This document shows, one piece after another, positions 1 through 9,544 of a stretch of 32,000 nucleotides of DNA. The notes under the pieces were generated by a model. The model had not been told where the DNA came from. It was given only the letters and a program-made list of their open reading frames with translations, and did no database searches. The position numbers and the translations under genes are program-made. The stretch's first letter is position 1; each line of letters begins with the position of its first letter. The stretch comes from Bacillus phage PBS1. The stretch is taken from the sequence record NC_043027.1, one strand, 5' to 3'.

Positions 1-1618
1 TCTTATTGTTGGCATAAATAGTAAAAGTTCCATCTATTAAAGGATAAGAATCATCTTGTAGAGTTATTATTGCCCTGTTATCCTCTCTCTTTGGAACTTC
101 ACTAAAGAAAAAGTATGAGTTTTTCATATAATCTCTAAAAGTTAATTCAATTTTAGAACCAAAATGAGTCATATCTTTAAAAAGAATCATACTTGGAATT
201 TGATTATGAAGTTGCATATTAATTAATGCAAAATCATCATTGGGAGTTAACCGATATCCATTAACAAATACCTCTACATTTTCTATATCTTCCATAAATT
301 CTGTAACTACTTCACCATTACTTGTCACATGAGAAACAGGAACAAAATAACATGGAACTTGATAGTAATTTGCCATTAAGTTAAAAGCATCAGTCTTAAA
401 GAACATTGATTCAGTGATATTATTGGAAACTACCATAATCTCATTCCCAATTTTCGGAATGTAATTATCTTTTATAATTACCTCTAGAGAAAAACGATCT
501 TCTGTAAAGTAATTAACAATAATTTTAGTTCTTTTAGGATTAACACGTTTCCATGAGTTACTATTCTTGAATCTAACATAAACTGAAAAATCTCTATGAG
601 AGAAATATTTTCCAATTCCATCTGTTTTAACAGTAATTCCCTTTGTATATAGATTCTCAACGTCTTCTTTTGTTTGAATAATATAAGTACATTTAATTTC
701 TTCGTAATCAATTAATGGGTTTCTAAAAGTTTCCAATTCTATAGTTGAATCATCTTTTATATCACCCTCTTTTAAATACGAACGACTTATTCCATCTAAC
801 TTATTTTGAGAATTATTGTCTCGGTGAAATATCTTTTTACCATCAACATACGCATTTAATTTATGTCTATCAGATATAAAATGATTTATATCTTTCATAG
901 TAAATTGATACTTTTCACCATTTACCCCAAAATTAGCCTCTTCGCCATAAGCATCAAACTTATTAGTTAATAGATATTTTCCTTTAGTACCAGTAGTTAA
1001 TTTAAATACTCTATTATTTACTGGATTACAAATAAGATTTATTAATTTTTTAATATAACTAGGATCAATATAATTTTTATTTGTTAATTTATCCATTAAA
1101 AATTTATTCATATAACGAATATCGCCATTGATAGTTATTTCTCTTAGTTCTTTATAATCTTTATCAATTTTAAATAATATCCCATCTCTATTTGGAAAAT
1201 AACTGTCCCAAGCTTCATCAACACACCATACTCTTAAACGATAAAAATATTCATCATTCTTATAAGTGACAGAAGGTAAATTATCTGTAAATAGTGTATC
1301 TGTAATACTGAGAGATTTTTTAAATTTTTCTCCTCTAGTGATTACATCGCCGTTATTATCTATAATTTCTATTTGCATGTAGATCTCTAGTTTAGAATAG
1401 TTTTTAAAATTCCAAGAGAATTGATTTTTTTGTTTATCTAATTCTCCAATATAGAAAAGAGGGATTTCCTCATCTTTCTCAGTTGTTGCACCATTATCAT
1501 CTCTCGCAGTTATAGAAAGGGTCAGATGGGTACTATCGAACCCATCTGTGTTATAACTGAGAAGTTCATCAATGTCAATAGGTGAATTTAAGAATTCGGA
1601 TTGAAATCTAATTGACAT
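1..1618 (-). CDS. Virion fibre/adhesin-like protein, partial (runs off the left edge); begins with the C-terminal part of a ~200-aa repeat module shared with the upstream 850-aa protein
   Basis: Not in the supplied ORF track because it is open at the window edge. ATG at complement 1616-1618 (MSIRFQSEFLNSPIDIDELLSYNTDGFDSTHLTLSITARDDNG...FYRLRVWCVDEAWDSYFPNRDG...), read open to nt 2; AAGGAG upstream of the start. Confidence 0.85.
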   Translation of the reverse strand, partial: MSIRFQSEFLNSPIDIDELLSYNTDGFDSTHLTLSITARDDNGATTEKDEEIPLFYIGELDKQKNQFSWNFKNYSKLEIYMQIEIIDNNGDVITRGEKFKKSLSITDTLFTDNLPSVTYKNDEYFYRLRVWCVDEAWDSYFPNRDGILFKIDKDYKELREITINGDIRYMNKFLMDKLTNKNYIDPSYIKKLINLICNPVNNRVFKLTTGTKGKYLLTNKFDAYGEEANFGVNGEKYQFTMKDINHFISDRHKLNAYVDGKKIFHRDNNSQNKLDGISRSYLKEGDIKDDSTIELETFRNPLIDYEEIKCTYIIQTKEDVENLYTKGITVKTDGIGKYFSHRDFSVYVRFKNSNSWKRVNPKRTKIIVNYFTEDRFSLEVIIKDNYIPKIGNEIMVVSNNITESMFFKTDAFNLMANYYQVPCYFVPVSHVTSNGEVVTEFMEDIENVEVFVNGYRLTPNDDFALINMQLHNQIPSMILFKDMTHFGSKIELTFRDYMKNSYFFFSEVPKREDNRAIITLQDDSYPLIDGTFTIYANNK

Positions 1619-1625
1619 AAATTTA

Positions 1626-4178
1626 TCACTCCTTGATATCGTCCCTTATTGTATAATAAACCTTATTTCCATCTTTATCAGTTATAGTAGCTTTTATTGA
1701 TACATCATAGTGGCTACTTCCAATTCTTTTAACATTGGTTGAATCTACATTTATTATAGGGGCATTATTCTTAATCATTTCAAATGGTAAACCATTTATA
1801 TTAGGATAGAAGGATGTCCACGTTTCTGAGGGCGTAGAAAGTCTAATCCTAAAGAAATAATTACCTTCATCATAATCATCAAATTTGATACTCTCTAAGT
1901 ATTCTCTATATTCTCTTTGATTTCCAACACTTATTTCTTTTCCTGCACCCTCTAAATTACCTTCATTGTCAAGTATTTCAACCTGCATTATAATTGGAAT
2001 ATTTGTGAAATTTCTAAATAACCAATAAAAATTATCATAATCTCTATATAAATTTTGAATATCAAAAAGATTGATAATTTCAGTTCTAGTATTTAATGCA
2101 TCTCCTTCATCTAATGCATCCATATAAACTATTAATCTAGGTGATAATAATTGTGACACATTGTAACCATAATTTATAGAAAAATCTAAAGGTGTTTTTT
2201 GAAAATCATTATCAAGTAATTTATTACCATATTGATCTTTTGCAGTTAATTTAACGAGATCTTCGTCAATATCTGTAACAGATCCATTAATTGAAAGACC
2301 AAATTTATTATCTTCCTCTTTTTTTAGCTCTATCGAATGTACTTCAATTTCTGGTTTATTATTCTTTAATGCTGAAAATGCATATCCCTTTTCATTTGGA
2401 TAATACGTAGTCCAGTCCTCATGTTCAGAATAAATCTTTAAACGATAACGATAAGAGCCTTCAGGAAGTTTTGGATATAGTCGTTGTTCAACAAATCTTG
2501 GTCTCACAGTACTTCCGATAGTTTGATAGTCACTCTCTCTATAGACGATATAATCTTCTTCAGTTGTTTCTTCATTTTCTTTTAATATTTCAATGGAAAA
2601 TTTTAAATTTTGAATTGAATAATTATCTACATACCATGAGAATATATGACCTTTATCTTGTTTTAATCCGTTAATTTGAAATGCAGGTGCTAAAACAGTT
2701 TGAATATTTTCTCCATTGTTATCATCTTGTATGGCTAGAGTGATATTGACATGTGTTCTATCTATTATATCATATACGGCTTTTATATCTAAATCATATG
2801 GCGTATCAATAAAATCTCTTGCTTTTCGTATTATATTACCATCTTCATCAGATATGGTGAATAAGAATTGGTCATTCTCTGGATCATCTTTAATATTTGC
2901 TTTTAGTAATAAATATTTTATATTATCTAAATCTCGGTATATACGACATTCATTAATAGTAACTACAGGGTCTTTATGTTTTCTTACTGTAAATTGAATG
3001 CCATCTTCTAATCTTTTATCAAATGGATAGTATTCTTCCCAATCCTCTTCATCACACCATACTTTTAAGTGGTATTTATAGTAATCCCTATCAAGAATGA
3101 ATTTAGTTTCATCTTCTAAGTCAATATAATTGTTACTATTTCTATATCTAATAACCTGACCGGATTTAATAATTTTACCATCAAAATCAGTTACTTCTAC
3201 TTGCATTGCTATACTCTTGTTTGAGTAATTTCGAAATTTCCATTTAAACATATTTCTTTCACGATAAAAATCATATAGATCATAAAGCTTAATAGTATCT
3301 TGTTGTTGACTTTTACCGTATAATTTATCATTTACATCAACTGTTAGAGTGAGTTTACTTACATTAAAATAACTAAATGGATATTCATAATAGAGATGCT
3401 CTAATTTTGGACTATAAGTATAGCTTCTTAGATTAACAATAGAACTCCCAATATTATCAGTTATCGTATAGATTATATCGTCTTCTTCATCATCACTAAT
3501 CAATATTCTTGATGATAAAGCAAAATGATCAGTTTCTCTTCTTATCTTGGTATCCTTTATCCTCAACCGAGGATTAGTATTATCTCTCAATGTTAATTTA
3601 AGACCAGATTCACTAGGATAAAACCTATTCCAATTTTCTTCTTTACTATAATATTTTACTCTATAGTAATATTCACCTTCGGATGTATTTAAAAGATCAT
3701 TGCATACATACTTGTATAGTGTATAATCAATACCATAAATTTTTTTATACTCATTACTATTATAAATTATTTCACCTTCATTATTCAATACTTGAATAAT
3801 TGAATAAATAGGAACCGTAGAGAAATTCCTTACACTCCATTGGAATTCCTCTACAGCTGATCTTGAAAGATTTTCTATATTAAATGTATCAATTTTTTTA
3901 GATACAGAGGATGTTGCACCACTCTCATCTTCCATATATAAAATAAATTCAGTTTCAGTTCCTTGAAAATAATCCTTACTAATATAAAAAAATTTAGAGA
4001 TATTGATTGGAGTAGCTACAAAGTTATCTATTCCATCTAGCACATTTCCTTTTTCATCTAAAATCTTAAATTTAACAGGATAGCCAGAATCATTGATAAT
4101 TTCAGCAATAATTTGAACACTAATTGAATCTAAAGAACTCTTATTTAATGAAATACTCTTTAGAGTAGCATTCAACAT
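1626..4178 (-). CDS. Modular repeat virion/fibre-like protein, four ~200-aa beta-rich repeats plus the start of a fifth
   Basis: 850-aa ORF. Recurrent motif Y-x-(Y/F)R(V/L)(K/R)-x(5)-E-x-W-x(2)-(F/Y)YP at ~197-209 aa spacing; RBS (aggtgatttggaATG context). Confidence 0.8.
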   Translation of the reverse strand: MLNATLKSISLNKSSLDSISVQIIAEIINDSGYPVKFKILDEKGNVLDGIDNFVATPINISKFFYISKDYFQGTETEFILYMEDESGATSSVSKKIDTFNIENLSRSAVEEFQWSVRNFSTVPIYSIIQVLNNEGEIIYNSNEYKKIYGIDYTLYKYVCNDLLNTSEGEYYYRVKYYSKEENWNRFYPSESGLKLTLRDNTNPRLRIKDTKIRRETDHFALSSRILISDDEEDDIIYTITDNIGSSIVNLRSYTYSPKLEHLYYEYPFSYFNVSKLTLTVDVNDKLYGKSQQQDTIKLYDLYDFYRERNMFKWKFRNYSNKSIAMQVEVTDFDGKIIKSGQVIRYRNSNNYIDLEDETKFILDRDYYKYHLKVWCDEEDWEEYYPFDKRLEDGIQFTVRKHKDPVVTINECRIYRDLDNIKYLLLKANIKDDPENDQFLFTISDEDGNIIRKARDFIDTPYDLDIKAVYDIIDRTHVNITLAIQDDNNGENIQTVLAPAFQINGLKQDKGHIFSWYVDNYSIQNLKFSIEILKENEETTEEDYIVYRESDYQTIGSTVRPRFVEQRLYPKLPEGSYRYRLKIYSEHEDWTTYYPNEKGYAFSALKNNKPEIEVHSIELKKEEDNKFGLSINGSVTDIDEDLVKLTAKDQYGNKLLDNDFQKTPLDFSINYGYNVSQLLSPRLIVYMDALDEGDALNTRTEIINLFDIQNLYRDYDNFYWLFRNFTNIPIIMQVEILDNEGNLEGAGKEISVGNQREYREYLESIKFDDYDEGNYFFRIRLSTPSETWTSFYPNINGLPFEMIKNNAPIINVDSTNVKRIGSSHYDVSIKATITDKDGNKVYYTIRDDIKE

Positions 4179-4194
4179 TCCAAATCACCTCTCT

Positions 4195-5127
4195 TTATTT
4201 TAGTAGTTTACTAAATTCTGTATAAATACTATTAATAAATTTTCCAGCAACACTTTCAATAATATAATCTTTGGAGATATTACCATTTACTACAGCTCCA
4301 AAAATAGTTGAAAGGAAAGAAGGAAGATAGTCCAAGCCTAATAATGTAGTCTCACCATACATTCTTGCCCAGTTCTCTACAAAACTTCTAACATTTAAAT
4401 CTTTCATTCCTTTGATATCTCTTAAATTATCAAATAATTTAAAAATATCTTCATACGCATTATTATCAAAACGCATTTCTTCCTCTTTAATAAGTTTAAG
4501 AGATGACTTATTAAAACAAGCATGATAAGCAATATTATCTACAGTATCATTATTAGTTTTTCCACATAAATTAATAAGGAAGAATTTAGCTAAAAAGAAG
4601 TTAATGAGATCTAATTTATAATCATCAATATTAATAGCAAATAGTTTATCCATTACTTTACCAACTAGTTTTGAGTAGACAATTGCTCCATTTTTAAGGA
4701 TTGTCATATTGTTAGTAAAACGATTCCAGTTATTGACTAATTCTAACAATATTGTTCCATTCTGCATAAGGTTAAAAAGTGTTTTTGGGTAGATATCATA
4801 CATTCCTGTTGTTTTATTCACAGTTGAATAATAACCAATGTCAACTAAAGCAACAATTTTTCCACCTTCAACTTTACCAAAGGTACTTAGATATTTTGGT
4901 AATTTAATAGTTGGATTATTGATAAGAATGATATCTCCTTTATTTACATATTGCATAGTCTTTCCTTTAGTTGGAAAAGTAATTCTTCGACTAATAATGT
5001 TTAATGATTCATCTAATTTAGTTATATCCACTCTATCTCTAGACACATGAATATTTTTAATACTTTTTACAACACTTTCATTGGCAACTACTTGTCTAAA
5101 CAGCGCACTATCAGTAATTTTTTTCAT
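4195..5127 (-). CDS. Hypothetical protein, possibly virion-associated (by position)
   Basis: 310-aa ORF, co-directional with the fibre-like genes, RBS GGGGGA upstream of ATG. Confidence 0.7.
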   Translation of the reverse strand: MKKITDSALFRQVVANESVVKSIKNIHVSRDRVDITKLDESLNIISRRITFPTKGKTMQYVNKGDIILINNPTIKLPKYLSTFGKVEGGKIVALVDIGYYSTVNKTTGMYDIYPKTLFNLMQNGTILLELVNNWNRFTNNMTILKNGAIVYSKLVGKVMDKLFAINIDDYKLDLINFFLAKFFLINLCGKTNNDTVDNIAYHACFNKSSLKLIKEEEMRFDNNAYEDIFKLFDNLRDIKGMKDLNVRSFVENWARMYGETTLLGLDYLPSFLSTIFGAVVNGNISKDYIIESVAGKFINSIYTEFSKLLK

Positions 5128-5188
5128 ATTAATCCCCCTAAGTTAAGTATCTTATTTATTTGTTCAGGATTACCATAATATATTCATG

Positions 5189-5566
5189 TTATGATAATAA
5201 TGATGAAAGTAACCCTTTTTTAGTTTCAGTATTATAAATATTTGTATTTATTTTTTCACTACTATTGCTTACACCACTGTTATTACTTACATATCTTATG
5301 AAAACATGGTATGTAATGCATCCAGATCGTAATAATACTGAATCCAAATAACGATATTTAGAAACATCAATATCAATATTTTCCTCATCACTATATAATT
5401 TTACTTCTATTTCCTCTAATTTATCCTCATTGGGATTAACTAATGCAAATAAGGCTATATTATCCTGTTGACTCTTTACAGATACTATATCACAGTTTTT
5501 TGGCATCAATACTATTTGTTCACTTTGAAGATATATTGGAAATCGTCTAATTTGCTTTGTAGACAT
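5189..5566 (-). CDS. DUF7352-like small phage protein
   Basis: N-terminal pattern 'RRFPIYLQSEQIVLMPKNCDIVSVKSQQDNIALFALVNPNED...' resembles the phage family '.KY.LEITDEQTIELPKGAKILSVQ.Q.G...LWALVDP'; recognition by memory, no search run. Confidence 0.5.
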   Translation of the reverse strand: MSTKQIRRFPIYLQSEQIVLMPKNCDIVSVKSQQDNIALFALVNPNEDKLEEIEVKLYSDEENIDIDVSKYRYLDSVLLRSGCITYHVFIRYVSNNSGVSNSSEKINTNIYNTETKKGLLSSLLS

Positions 5567-5617
5567 AATAAACCACCGTCCTATTCTATATCTATAGCTA
5601 TTTGTTTTGGAAAAAAT

Positions 5618-5656
5618 AGAAAAAAAAAATAAGGGCTATTAAGCCCCTTTATTCAT
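5618..5656 (-). terminator. Rho-independent terminator (imperfect stem) for the leftward small-gene operon
   Basis: Minus-strand reading AATAAAGGGGCTTAATAGCCCTTATTTTTTTTTC: GC-containing hairpin with one bulge, followed by a T run. Confidence 0.6.
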
Positions 5657-5824
5657 AGTTAAACCAGTAATTGCATCTGGTTTAACTATGAATTTTCTTC
5701 CTTTCTTATCACATAAAGCAATAAGATTTCCATAAATATCCATAATTTCTGCGTCAACATATTCTTGATGAAATCCTTTAATTACATGGATTACCACCCA
5801 CTGTCCAATTTTATAATTATTCAT
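5639..5824 (-). CDS. Hypothetical 61-aa protein
   Basis: ORF with upstream GGTG-type RBS; coding-like composition; stop lies in the terminator loop. Confidence 0.55.
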   Translation of the reverse strand: MNNYKIGQWVVIHVIKGFHQEYVDAEIMDIYGNLIALCDKKGRKFIVKPDAITGLTMNKGA

Positions 5825-5915
5825 AATTCAGCACCATCCTAATTTTTATTTTTTACTATTCGTATTCGATTGAAATTTTAAATACCTTAATCATTTAGTA
5901 ATGTCCTCCTAAAGA

Positions 5916-6356
5916 TTAACTTATTTCATCTATTATATCCCTCGTCTTAAATACAGATTTTTCAATGGCAATTAAATCATTTATATATCTATTTGGTAAT
6001 AGTTTTGATGAAATTATTTTATATAGCTTTCTGGCATCAGCTATACCTATAAGTTCATTGTAATCCTGTATTTTAGAATATATACCTAGGTTAAAACTTT
6101 TCATAAGACTCTTACCTTCTACTGGTATATAAATCTTTCTATTTTCTTTATTGTTTTCATACTCAATTAATACGTTATCTGATGAATTTATACACATTGA
6201 AATAATGGTATTACGTCTAAGTTTACTAATATTCTTTTGTATGGTATCATCAGTAACAAGTATCACTTTTCTTATTCCATTTCTTTCAGTCAACATATAT
6301 GGAATATGACTCAACATAGAATTAAGCCTGTGACTGAAGGATACCTTTTTCATCAT
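5916..6356 (-). CDS. Hypothetical protein
   Basis: 146-aa ORF, co-directional, overlaps the upstream gene by 35 nt (coupling). Confidence 0.7.
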   Translation of the reverse strand: MMKKVSFSHRLNSMLSHIPYMLTERNGIRKVILVTDDTIQKNISKLRRNTIISMCINSSDNVLIEYENNKENRKIYIPVEGKSLMKSFNLGIYSKIQDYNELIGIADARKLYKIISSKLLPNRYINDLIAIEKSVFKTRDIIDEIS

Positions 6357-6723
6357 TGGTAAGTAAATCCTCCACTACATCCTTTATAGTTGTATAGAAT
6401 AGATTTCTTCCTTTTGGTAATAGTAATTTACTGTCAATTATAGTATTTTCATGATTTAAATCAATAGTTAAAGCCTCTCTATAATCAAGAGGCTTTTCAA
6501 TTATTGTGGTATAACATGCAAGATCTAAATAATCCGCATTACAGACTTTTATTGGCATATATAAACTAATATTATTAACTGAATATCTAATCATTAAATT
6601 ACTGGAAGTCTTTACAAGCCTGTAAGAAGGAAGATTTAAAATCAATACATCTTTTAGGTCTTTCCAGTTATTTCTTAATCCAAGAATAAACTGGTCATTG
6701 AACAGTTGAACAAGTATATTCAT
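6322..6723 (-). CDS. Hypothetical protein
   Basis: 133-aa ORF, RBS GGAAGG, in operon. Confidence 0.7.
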   Translation of the reverse strand: MNILVQLFNDQFILGLRNNWKDLKDVLILNLPSYRLVKTSSNLMIRYSVNNISLYMPIKVCNADYLDLACYTTIIEKPLDYREALTIDLNHENTIIDSKLLLPKGRNLFYTTIKDVVEDLLTNDEKGILQSQA

Positions 6724-6751
6724 CTTAAATTTCCTTCCTTTCTTTAGATTT

Positions 6752-7147
6752 TTATTCTAAATGTTGAAAATACTTTTTTACTATGGTATTTGCAAATGAT
6801 TCAATTCTATTTTTTGCAAATGATTCAGTAAGAGAGTTAGTATTAAATATAATACTCTCTCCTTCAACCATTTGAGTCCATTCAATAGGATTTTTCGCAA
6901 TTGGAGCACTAACCATTCTATCATAATAATTTATATTTTGACTGTTAGGACTAGTTATTCGAATAGGTATAAATATTAAACCTCTTCCCTCCGTAGAATG
7001 ACTAATCATAATAGAACTAATTCTACCAGCAGTAAAATGACCTCCGGGAATAGTTTGAAAAACATCTTCCATTAGTTCTTTACTAATTTCTACCGTTACA
7101 GCACTTTGGATATCCCCATTAGTATAAGTTAATTTTCTCTTTAGCAT
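6752..7147 (-). CDS. Hypothetical protein
   Basis: 131-aa ORF in operon. Confidence 0.7.
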   Translation of the reverse strand: MLKRKLTYTNGDIQSAVTVEISKELMEDVFQTIPGGHFTAGRISSIMISHSTEGRGLIFIPIRITSPNSQNINYYDRMVSAPIAKNPIEWTQMVEGESIIFNTNSLTESFAKNRIESFANTIVKKYFQHLE

Positions 7148-7159
7148 TATTATTTCTCC

Positions 7160-7834
7160 TCATGACATAAATGTATTTACAATAAATTCTCTTAAACTGT
7201 CGTCCTTTTTATGTGTCTGCCTTTTGATATAAGATACAATATAATCTAAGGCTTCTGTTGCAGTAATTTCTTTTATAACTCCACCTGTATTTAAACAGAA
7301 AGAATTTTCTTCAATTCTAAGACTAGATTTAGGAATTAACTCATCTCCTCTGTGAACAACTTCTACTATAATTTCTTCTCCTTTTTGAAGGGATTCGATA
7401 ATAGAGGTTACATCATGAATCTTTTTAAATTTCTTCCAGAATCGTCTACGTTCAATTTTGATAATTTCTTTTCTTACTCTTTTGAAGAAGTCAGATTTGG
7501 AAATAACGATGAGGGTTTTACCAAATATGTCCTCTAGATCTTTATTACTAACACTCTTTTGATTTAATCCTAGAGCTTGGTAAAACTTACTTTCGGGGAG
7601 AGACATTGGTTTACCATTTTTTAACGTTGTAATAGAAAATGTATTTTCTTCTCCTTTATTATTAATTACATAATATGCATCTCTAAATTTTTCTTTACTA
7701 ATTAGATCAAAGAATGCAAGACTCTTTTCACGATATTTTTGATCAAAAACATTTTCATTAACGCTAATTACCTTCACCTTTTCAACAATCCTTTCAGTTT
7801 TCAAAATGAAGGAGATAAAGAATATCTCCTTCAT
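7160..7834 (-). CDS. Hypothetical protein
   Basis: 224-aa ORF, strong AGGAGG-like RBS (gatgaaggagatattcttt). Confidence 0.7.
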   Translation of the reverse strand: MKEIFFISFILKTERIVEKVKVISVNENVFDQKYREKSLAFFDLISKEKFRDAYYVINNKGEENTFSITTLKNGKPMSLPESKFYQALGLNQKSVSNKDLEDIFGKTLIVISKSDFFKRVRKEIIKIERRRFWKKFKKIHDVTSIIESLQKGEEIIVEVVHRGDELIPKSSLRIEENSFCLNTGGVIKEITATEALDYIVSYIKRQTHKKDDSLREFIVNTFMS

Positions 7835-7855
7835 CCTCCCTATTTATATTAAATA

Positions 7856-8620
7856 TTACTTTTCAGCTTTTTCCTTTTCTTTTTTCTTAGTCTTACTGTC
7901 GGTCTTTTCTTTCTTTGTTGCTTTTGGTTTCTTTACTGGTTCTTTTGTAGCTTCTTTATCTTTACTTGCAATTTCTTCATAAAATGGTTTTTTATTTTCT
8001 TTACTAGAAGCAATTTCCTTTGCCTTATCAGCATTAGATTTCTTGTCAGATTTTTTATCTTCTTTTAATGCTTCTAAAGTTTCCTCAGCTTTTTCAAGTA
8101 ATTCTTCCGTTTCTCCAACTTCTTCATCAAAGAAACTATTCATTTCCTCTTCGCTAACTTCAATATCTTCATCATCTTCAATTATAATATTAGACTGAAA
8201 GTTAATTTCCTCATCTTCATTTATCTTAACAGTATCACGAACCAATGTCTCTCTATTTGGATCAATAGCTTCTCTCATACCAACATTTTGAGATGAATAT
8301 GCACCATTATCTTTTTCAAATCTTTCTTTTTCTGGTAAATGTACTTTCATTTCAGATTCAATATATTCATCATTATTACTTTTACTAAATTTATCCTTAA
8401 CAAATCCTACTGGATTTACCTTCTTAATATTACCCATTTTCACATAATTACTCGGTGATAATTTGGTTTTTACACTTTCAGGTAATTTTTCAGAAAGTTT
8501 CTTACCAATAATAGCACTTGCAATTCCTCCACCAACAATAGCTGCTCCATAAGTAATAGCCTTTTTAGTTCCTTCTTTAACTGCGTTTTCTACGATTAAT
8601 CTCATTTTATTCTCCTCCAA
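7856..8620 (-). CDS. Hypothetical protein with N-terminal hydrophobic Gly/Ala segment and highly charged Lys/Glu-rich C-terminus
   Basis: 254-aa ORF: 'AITYGAAIVGGGIASAIIG' then low-complexity 'KKPKATKKEKTDSKTKKKEKEKAEK'; RBS GGAGGA. Confidence 0.75.
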   Translation of the reverse strand: MEENKMRLIVENAVKEGTKKAITYGAAIVGGGIASAIIGKKLSEKLPESVKTKLSPSNYVKMGNIKKVNPVGFVKDKFSKSNNDEYIESEMKVHLPEKERFEKDNGAYSSQNVGMREAIDPNRETLVRDTVKINEDEEINFQSNIIIEDDEDIEVSEEEMNSFFDEEVGETEELLEKAEETLEALKEDKKSDKKSNADKAKEIASSKENKKPFYEEIASKDKEATKEPVKKPKATKKEKTDSKTKKKEKEKAEK

Positions 8621-8638
8621 ATTTTCTTTTTTTTTATT

Positions 8639-8971
8639 TTACTTTAAATATTCATCAATATCATGTGTTTCAACATTCTCAAAATACCATTCATCTTTGT
8701 CTGGATCATATCTAGCATCAATACTATACATTATTGTTGCTATTTTTCTAGGTTCTCTTACTTTGAACATCCCTAATACTCTAAACATATTTTCTTTAAG
8801 TTCTTTGACTTCAACATTTTCTTTATTAAATTCTAAAAGGTCATCTCCATAATATTCTGTAATAAATGATTCTACCTGCTTATGTGCTTCTTCCTCATTT
8901 GGTTTCCCACAAGCTGAAAGTAAAAAGAGTAAATTAATTGTGATAAATAATGCTATAATTTTATTAGTCAT
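8639..8971 (-). CDS. Putative lipoprotein
   Basis: 110 aa, 'MTNKIIALFITINLLFLLSACGKPNEEE': Lys, hydrophobic core, lipobox L-S-A-C. Confidence 0.75.
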   Translation of the reverse strand: MTNKIIALFITINLLFLLSACGKPNEEEAHKQVESFITEYYGDDLLEFNKENVEVKELKENMFRVLGMFKVREPRKIATIMYSIDARYDPDKDEWYFENVETHDIDEYLK

Positions 8972-8983
8972 TATTTATCACCT

Positions 8984-9544
8984 TTATATTGCCTTTAATT
9001 TTACATCCATATCATCAAAATATATTGTAGACGATACTTTAGTGTTTACCCATTCAATATATGGTCTTCCTTGATCATCAAAACCATACGATTTAACAAC
9101 TACATCTTCACTGTAATCATTTGTATACTTAATAAGAAGCTGAATGGCATTTTCAATTTCTTTCTTTTTAATATCATCAAGTACATTTAGATTTGGTACT
9201 TTCTCTTTAACCAAAACATTAAGTGACTTTATTAATTGATTAATTTTTTCTTTTGGTATTCCATAGTCATAATTGGATAAGATTTCCATAAAGGAATTAA
9301 AAACCTCACTTTCTCTATAAATCTTCATAAAGTCAGATAAATATTTATTAATAAATTCTAATTCCTCATGTGTAATCTCTTCTAAAGAATCAATATTTCC
9401 TAGTTTTATGATCATATTAGTATTTTTATCATCTTGTAACAAATTATCAAGATGACTACCAATCTTAGATGAAAATACACTTACAGCATGATTTTCTTCT
9501 AGTTCGTCATTAGCATATGCTAAAATATCCATAAAAATATTCAT
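8984..9544 (-). CDS. Hypothetical helical protein
   Basis: 186-aa ORF, co-directional and tightly packed. Confidence 0.65.
   Translation of the reverse strand: MNIFMDILAYANDELEENHAVSVFSSKIGSHLDNLLQDDKNTNMIIKLGNIDSLEEITHEELEFINKYLSDFMKIYRESEVFNSFMEILSNYDYGIPKEKINQLIKSLNVLVKEKVPNLNVLDDIKKKEIENAIQLLIKYTNDYSEDVVVKSYGFDDQGRPYIEWVNTKVSSTIYFDDMDVKLKAI

Noticed and set aside
484-711. 75-aa minus-strand ORF in the track
   Set aside because: Lies in a different frame within the long partial CDS 1-1618 on the same strand; low-complexity composition, no RBS.
2716-2997. 93-aa plus-strand ORF
   Set aside because: Antisense inside the 850-aa repeat protein gene; no independent support.
4838-5050. 70-aa plus-strand ORF
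   Set aside because: Antisense to the 310-aa ORF; chance open frame.
7352-7537. 61-aa plus-strand ORF
   Set aside because: Antisense to the 224-aa ORF.
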